A DNA stretch of 39,935 bases from an uncultured Candidatus Saccharibacteria bacterium (lineage in GTDB: Bacteria; Patescibacteriota; Minisyncoccia; Phycocordibacterales; EsbW-18): the NCBI GenBank assembly GCA_964608145.1, contig CAZSMD010000002.1, positions 1 to 39,935 of the forward strand, written 5' to 3'. A program made the position numbers and the translations under genes. The notes under the pieces were generated by a model, which ran no database searches, was not told where the DNA came from, and saw only the letters and a program-made list of their open reading frames with translations. This document shows positions 35,247-39,935 of the stretch, in pieces. Position 1 is the first letter of the stretch. Every line of letters begins with the position of its first letter.

Positions 35247-35264
35247 GGTGAACGGTCGTTCACC
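35247..35264. promoter_or_regulatory. candidate LexA operator (SOS box, GAAC-N4-GTTC type) abutting a -10 element
   Basis: GGTGAACGGTCGTTCACC has perfect 8-bp inverted arms whose core is GAAC-GGTC-GTTC. On the minus strand it is directly followed by TATACT (35246-35241), about 45 nt upstream of the small ORF's ATG. Confidence 0.6.
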
Positions 35265-35299
35265 TGTCAAATGCCGCCTGTGGACAACTCAAAAAGGGC

Positions 35300-35305
35300 T
35301 ATACT
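35300..35305 (+). promoter_or_regulatory. candidate -10 element TATACT, 7 nt upstream of the ATG at 35313
   Basis: AGGGCTATACTATTGCATATG matches the 9172-9191 region at 17 of 21 positions, with the same spacing to the ATG. Confidence 0.4.
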
Positions 35306-35312
35306 ATTGCAT

Positions 35313-36716
35313 ATGAATACGTTCCCCGCGCTTGCACATAAAGAGCTCCCCGACCCGCCCCACTGGACGAAAGCCCTGGGTGTCGGCGTCGTCATTATGG
35401 GCATGGCGATGGGCACCGGCGAACTCATCCTTTGGCCGCATCTCGTGACAAAGTGGGGTCTTGAAATTCTCTGGTTCGCGCTCATCGGCATCAGCTTGCA
35501 GTATTTCATTAACCAGGAAGTCATCCGCCACACGCTCGCAACCGGCGAGAGCTTCTTCACAACATCCGCGCGCGTGCTGTTCTGGACTCCCCTGTTCTGG
35601 CTCATCGCAGCACTTCTCCTCTACATCTGGCCGGGTTGGGCAAGCACACTGGGCACCATCCTCGCTGAACTTTTCGGATTCGGGACCTACGTCACGTGGG
35701 CTTATGTTTCTCTCGCGCTTGTTCTTGCGCTCACGCTTTCCGGACGGCGCGCCTACGCCATGCTCGAAGGCGCGCTGAAAATTATCGTCCCCGTCTTTGC
35801 GGTGCTGCTCATCTGGATAAGTATTCTGAATCTGAGCATGGCTGAACTATTCTCCGCGCTGAAGGGTCTGGTGAGCTTCGGCTACATGCCGGAGGGCATC
35901 GATATGACCGTGCTTCTCGGCGCCATCGTTTTCGCCGGCGCAGGCGGCATGCTCAACCTCTGCACGTCGCTCTGGTACCGTGACAAGCAGGCAGGCATGG
36001 CGTTCTATGAAGGACGCATTGCAAACCCCGTCTCGGGAAAACCTGAAACGATCGGCGTCGTCGGCGCGACGTTTGACTCAGACAATTACGACCAGATGTC
36101 CCGCTGGAAAAAATGGATGCGCCTCGTCCGCATTGACCAAGGCGTCATCTTCTGGGGACTCGGCACACTCACGCTTGTTCTCCTCGGAGCAAACGCGTTC
36201 GTCGTGCTTTCACCGCTCGGCATCGTTCCGGAAGGCACACGGCTCGCCATCGAGCAGGCGCACATTTTCGGCGCGCACTTCGGCACTCTTGGTACGGTGC
36301 TGTACCTCGTAATGACGTACCTCATGCTCTTTTCCGTTATGTGGACCGTCATCGATGCACTGACGCGCATCATAGGCGACATCATTCACACCAACGCCCG
36401 CGAAGGCCGTCTTGTGTCCGTCTTCAAACCGCTCTCCCGTCTTTCCATACACCATCTCTATTACGGACTCATCATCGCCGTCATCATCGTGCAGGCGCTC
36501 CTTTTGCCGTTCAATCAGCCCTTCGTCTTTCTCGTGACAAGCTCCGCGCTGGGCGGTATCGTTATGGCGCTCTATGTGCCGCTACTTCTCTATCAAAACA
36601 ACACGAAACTCCCGAGAGCACTTCGTCCTGGCATATTCACAAATCTCATACTCGTCGGCGCTTCCCTCTTTTATCTGTATTTTGCCGTCGTGATTATTCT
36701 GAATTTCTTTTCATAA
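35313..36716 (+). CDS. polytopic membrane transporter, possibly distantly Nramp/APC-like (function uncertain)
   Basis: About 11-12 TM helices with an N-terminal GVGVVIMGMAMGTGELILWP segment. The family assignment is by general resemblance only. The start is ambiguous: ATG at 35313 (preferred, preceded by a -10 element), ATG at 35271, or the track's 35235. Confidence 0.55.
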   Translation: MNTFPALAHKELPDPPHWTKALGVGVVIMGMAMGTGELILWPHLVTKWGLEILWFALIGISLQYFINQEVIRHTLATGESFFTTSARVLFWTPLFWLIAALLLYIWPGWASTLGTILAELFGFGTYVTWAYVSLALVLALTLSGRRAYAMLEGALKIIVPVFAVLLIWISILNLSMAELFSALKGLVSFGYMPEGIDMTVLLGAIVFAGAGGMLNLCTSLWYRDKQAGMAFYEGRIANPVSGKPETIGVVGATFDSDNYDQMSRWKKWMRLVRIDQGVIFWGLGTLTLVLLGANAFVVLSPLGIVPEGTRLAIEQAHIFGAHFGTLGTVLYLVMTYLMLFSVMWTVIDALTRIIGDIIHTNAREGRLVSVFKPLSRLSIHHLYYGLIIAVIIVQALLLPFNQPFVFLVTSSALGGIVMALYVPLLLYQNNTKLPRALRPGIFTNLILVGASLFYLYFAVVIILNFFS

Positions 36717-36747
36717 AAAACTCCCGCCTTCGGGCGGGAGTTTTTTT
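36715..36747. terminator. bidirectional rho-independent terminator
   Basis: AAAAAA-CTCCCGCC-TTCG-GGCGGGAG-TTTTTTT. Confidence 0.65.
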
Positions 36748-36769
36748 GTATCCGGAAGAAAGCCGGGTT

Positions 36770-37960
36770 CTAGTCCGCAGTCGTCTTGAAGTGGGTCGCG
36801 CTTGATGTCGCCGTGTTCCCCTCCGCATCTTCTGCAACGATGATGAAGTAGTAGTCCGTGCTGGTCGCCAAACCCTCGAGGAGCACGCTGTGCTCGCTGT
36901 CGAATGAGGCTACGGACTCCTTCATGTCGGGGTCAAGGTCAATGTTGCTGTCGTTGTCATACCAGACCGTCCCCTTTGCATCCTCGTCCGTCTCCCATGC
37001 AACTTCCGCCGATGATGTGCTGATGTCGTTCACATCAATGTCTTCGAAGTCCGGGGCCGAGGTATCAGACGGCTCATCGCCGGTTGTGAAGTGTTTGACG
37101 CTTGATGTCGCAGTGTTCCCCGCCTTGTCTTTTGCAACAATGACGAAGAAATATTCCGTGTCTTGCTCGAGACCGTCAAGAGAAATTTCGTGTGATGTAC
37201 GGAACGTCGATACGGACTCCTTCATGTCGGGGTCAAGGTCAATGTTGCTGTCATCGTCGTACCAGACAATGCCTGATGCTTTTTCGTTTGTTTCCCATGC
37301 AATTTTTGCTCCGTCATCTGAAACATCGTCCACGTCAATTTCTTTGAACGTGGGCGCCGTTGTGTCAGCATCATCGTCATCGTCATCATCGTCGTCCCAC
37401 CAACCATTAAATTTCTTCGCGATACCGCCGGGCACGTTTGAACATCCGGAGATGTCAATCATGTGTCCGCCGATTTTCTTCTTCTGGCCGGGTGCGATGA
37501 GTTTACCCCACGCTTTGCATGTGAAGTCGTCGTCATCGAGAAGATCGTTCAGTTTTTTGAGTGTCTTCGGTCCCACAAATCCGACCTGTTCAAGGCCGTA
37601 CTTCTTTTGAAACTTCAGCACCGCCCTTTCCGTCAGCGGGCCGTAGTAGCCGGTGATAAGACCTTCCGGATAAATCTCCGGGTCCGCTGCAAGAATTTCC
37701 TGGAGCGCTTTGACGTCGTCGCTCGACATGCCAAGACGAAGCTCCCGTGCAAGCGCGACCGTTTCCCTGAGTTCTTTCTGCAGGTTTGACTGCTTATTCA
37801 TAAGCGCCGCAATTTCGTCCTGGAGATCTTTAATCTGCTGCAGCAAGTTCTCAAGCTTGCTAACGTCGCTTGATGTCGAAGTCTCCGCCCGCGCAAATAC
37901 CGGAACAAACGAAACGGCTAAGAGAAAGCCGAATCCAAGTGCTGCTAACTTGTTTTTCAT
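36770..37960 (-). CDS. secreted protein: coiled coil, peptidoglycan-binding domain (PG_binding_1), poly-Asp linker and two FN3-like repeats
   Basis: Signal peptide MKNKLAALGFGFLLAVSFVPVFARA. PG-binding motif DVKALQEILAADPEIYPEGLITGYYGPLTERAVLKFQKKYGL..GFVGPKT. A run of nine Asp residues follows, then two ~100-aa repeats ending in GNTATSS..HF.T. Confidence 0.75.
   Translation of the reverse strand: MKNKLAALGFGFLLAVSFVPVFARAETSTSSDVSKLENLLQQIKDLQDEIAALMNKQSNLQKELRETVALARELRLGMSSDDVKALQEILAADPEIYPEGLITGYYGPLTERAVLKFQKKYGLEQVGFVGPKTLKKLNDLLDDDDFTCKAWGKLIAPGQKKKIGGHMIDISGCSNVPGGIAKKFNGWWDDDDDDDDDADTTAPTFKEIDVDDVSDDGAKIAWETNEKASGIVWYDDDSNIDLDPDMKESVSTFRTSHEISLDGLEQDTEYFFVIVAKDKAGNTATSSVKHFTTGDEPSDTSAPDFEDIDVNDISTSSAEVAWETDEDAKGTVWYDNDSNIDLDPDMKESVASFDSEHSVLLEGLATSTDYYFIIVAEDAEGNTATSSATHFKTTAD
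36776..37375. repeat. tandem duplication, 2 x 300 bp, inside the CDS (the two FN3-like modules)
   Basis: A 42-nt perfect match (TACGGACTCCTTCATGTCGGGGTCAAGGTCAATGTTGCTGTC) occurs at 36911-36952 and 37211-37252. Further matches (for example 36801 versus 37101) fall at exactly the same 300-bp period. Confidence 0.85.
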
Positions 37961-38118
37961 AGAATGAAATTAAAGAGTAAAAACACTTAGTAAAAACGAC
38001 TGACCGCGAATCAAAAAGTCGATTCGGCGGTTCTATATAGTGCATGCGCTGTTTTGGCGCAAAGGTTACACCAAAAAAGCACCGGAAAATGGAAGCGAGC
38101 CGGCGTCAAGATGCTCTT

Positions 38119-38994
38119 CTATTGCGCCTTTGAGAACAAGCCGAAAAGCGCCTTAATTCCCGAAAGATTTCGTTCCCACTCAACTGTTTCGTGCGTCGAG
38201 AGTTCTACGGTAATCGCCGGAATGTTGACCGATGCGAGCCATCCTTCCGCGTCTCCTGTGATTGCGTATGCGTCAAATGAGTCAACTGCGGGATATCCTG
38301 CTGCTTTCGCGTATGTATTCATGACGTCGCGCGTCCTCGGCAAAATGCCGTTCTCGCATTCAGATGCATAAACCGCGTTCGCCTGACTGTGCCAGAAGAC
38401 AACCGCATCGGGTTTTTCCGCAAGAATAAAATCGCGGAGCGCCGCCGCTTCAGGTTCTGAAAACGGCGCCGTGCCCGCCGAGACCGTCTGCCCGCGCCAC
38501 GTGCTTTCCGGCTGCCATTTACAATTGAAGTTGCGGTTCAAGTCCACGTCGCGCGCGTTGAAACGTGCGCTTGCTTGCACGGTTTCATCCGCAATAACAT
38601 CGGCTGCCGTGAATCTTCCTTCCTTCCCGGTGACCTTAAAGATTCCGTCCGGGTTTGCTGACGGCACAACCGTTACCGAGATACCGCTCGGAATGATTTC
38701 GGGGTTTGCGTCGAGATACTCCATGAATTGGTAGGCCAGGAGCACGCTGTTCCATTCATAACCGCCATGCACGCCGCCGACGAACAAAAGACGCGAGTCC
38801 CCTGTTCCCCATGTATAGCTTTCAATCGCGCGGCCTTCGACAGACGTGCCGATGACTTCACGCGTGGATGTTGCCTGCGGCAACGGAGCGGGCGTGCTCT
38901 CCGGAGCACGCCCGCGAACCGCGAAGAAAATACCGACGATTACAATCGCGAGAACGACAACAGCCGCAACGATTCGCTTTGCGAAAGGAGTCAT
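38119..38994 (-). CDS. membrane-anchored M14-family zinc carboxypeptidase
   Basis: 291 aa. Motifs present: VHGGYEW (His/Glu zinc ligands), NPDG, RFNARDVDLNRNF, FSEPE, FWHSQ (third zinc ligand) and ITVEL (catalytic Glu). Confidence 0.8.
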   Translation of the reverse strand: MTPFAKRIVAAVVVLAIVIVGIFFAVRGRAPESTPAPLPQATSTREVIGTSVEGRAIESYTWGTGDSRLLFVGGVHGGYEWNSVLLAYQFMEYLDANPEIIPSGISVTVVPSANPDGIFKVTGKEGRFTAADVIADETVQASARFNARDVDLNRNFNCKWQPESTWRGQTVSAGTAPFSEPEAAALRDFILAEKPDAVVFWHSQANAVYASECENGILPRTRDVMNTYAKAAGYPAVDSFDAYAITGDAEGWLASVNIPAITVELSTHETVEWERNLSGIKALFGLFSKAQ

Positions 38995-39009
38995 CGTGTG
39001 TTCGCTGTA

Positions 39010-39912
39010 TTAGTTTGCGTAGGATGCAAGAACCGCCTCAACACCAGCCTTGTTCTTTGACCACTCGGTGTCGTTGTGTGTTGTGAGAAGCACGCTTGCC
39101 GCGTGTATACCCTGCTTCGCGAGCCAGTTCGCCATGTCACCGCTTGTCTCATAGAAGTCGAAACTTTCGTATGCGGGGTACCCCGATGCTTTTGCGAACG
39201 CGTTGGTGAGTTCTTTTGTTTCTGCAGATACCGCGCCGTCGCAGCTTGAGCTGTACACGCCGCCTGCTGCGCTGTACCAGATGATTGCCGCGTCCGGAGC
39301 AAGCTTCATAACGTAATCACGAAGCGCCGCACTTTCCGGTTCAGAGAACGCCGCCGTGCCGCCTGAAACAGGCTTGTTCTGCCATACGCCCGTTGCTTTC
39401 CACTGACAGTCAAAATTACGGTTGAGATCAACATTGTTCGCGTTGAAACGGCCGGATACAAGAACATCCTGTGCTGTTGCAACGTCTGCTTTTGCGAAGC
39501 GTCCTTCTTTGCCCGTTGCCTTGAACAAGCCGTCCGGGTTTGCAACAGGAATCACTGTCACGCGAATATTTTCCGGAACGACAGTCGGATTTGCTTTGAG
39601 ATAATCCATCAGTTCATATGCGACAAGCGCCGTGTTCCACGCATAGCCGCCGTGGAGTCCTCCGACAAAGAGCAGCTCCGTGTCTCCGTTACCAAAGTGA
39701 TACGCTGTGATGTCGCGTCCCTCTACCGACGAGCCGATGACAAATTCTGAACCCGTGTCTTGCGGTTCACCTGTCACAGCCGTCGTTGTCGCGGGAGAGG
39801 TTGTTGCGTTGTCATCAACCGGTCCCGGTGTCGCGGGCGCTTTCTTCATGAGAAAGTAACCGCCGGCAACAATAACAATGAGCACAAGAACCCAAATGAT
39901 TGTGTTTTTCAT
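39010..39912 (-). CDS. M14-like paralogue lacking three catalytic or zinc-binding residues (probable pseudo-peptidase)
   Basis: 300 aa, collinear with the downstream paralogue across the whole M14 domain. It reads LHGGYAW (Glu to Ala), IWYSA (His to Tyr) and ASVLL (catalytic Glu to Leu). NPDG, VDLNRNF and FSEPE are retained. Confidence 0.75.
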   Translation of the reverse strand: MKNTIIWVLVLIVIVAGGYFLMKKAPATPGPVDDNATTSPATTTAVTGEPQDTGSEFVIGSSVEGRDITAYHFGNGDTELLFVGGLHGGYAWNTALVAYELMDYLKANPTVVPENIRVTVIPVANPDGLFKATGKEGRFAKADVATAQDVLVSGRFNANNVDLNRNFDCQWKATGVWQNKPVSGGTAAFSEPESAALRDYVMKLAPDAAIIWYSAAGGVYSSSCDGAVSAETKELTNAFAKASGYPAYESFDFYETSGDMANWLAKQGIHAASVLLTTHNDTEWSKNKAGVEAVLASYAN

Positions 39913-39920
39913 ATGCGGAT

Positions 39921-39926
39921 AGTATA
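39921..39926 (-). promoter_or_regulatory. candidate -10 element TATACT, 8 nt upstream of the ATG at 39912
   Basis: The minus strand reads TTCTATACTATCCGCATATG, the same CTATACTA...CATATG arrangement seen at 9174-9191 and 35298-35315. Confidence 0.4.
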
Positions 39927-39935
39927 GAACAGGGC

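Overview
The window is a 39.9-kb, densely packed chromosomal segment of a bacterium. I call about 38 protein genes, 5 tRNAs and an RNase P RNA. Most genes are on the minus strand, and many have abutting or overlapping stop and start codons.

The content is mainly housekeeping:
- DNA repair and SOS: uvrB, lexA.
- Translation: lepA, a short infB, rbfA, rpmG.
- Envelope: murJ and a DivIC-like protein.
- Nucleotide supply and proteostasis: nrdA/nrdB, clpB.
- Other: a type II NADH dehydrogenase, a NifS-like cysteine desulfurase, a DEAD-box helicase and an MsbA-like ABC exporter.

Interspersed accessory-looking genes:
- An OmpR-type two-component pair convergent with a MacAB-like efflux module.
- A TMEM175-like channel.
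- An orphan receiver next to a polytopic histidine kinase whose operon also encodes a SET-domain methyltransferase.
- A secreted matrixin-like protease.
- A peptidoglycan-binding protein with two FN3-like repeats.
- Two tandem M14 carboxypeptidase paralogues.

The gene style (N-terminally short IF-2, minimal kinases, few Shine-Dalgarno sites, apparently leaderless genes) suggests a small-genome lineage such as Patescibacteria/CPR. That is an inference only.

I see no CRISPR array, transposase, integrase or recognisable defence genes.

The most unusual signal is non-coding. Three of the five tRNA genes (Trp, Tyr, Leu) are each followed by a perfect 20-21 nt direct copy of their own 3' end, running from the T-loop to 2-4 nt past the discriminator. 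Each copy lies 98-148 bp downstream, and the intervening inserts share a CTTTT...AAAAG hairpin near their distal end. This resembles attL/attR cores around miniature or decayed integrative elements, or an undescribed tRNA-linked structured RNA.

Other points of interest:
- An SOS box abutting the -10 element of a small-ORF/lexA operon.
- An M14 paralogue that has lost three catalytic or zinc-binding residues.
- A recurring CTATACTA -10 motif 7-8 nt upstream of ATG codons.
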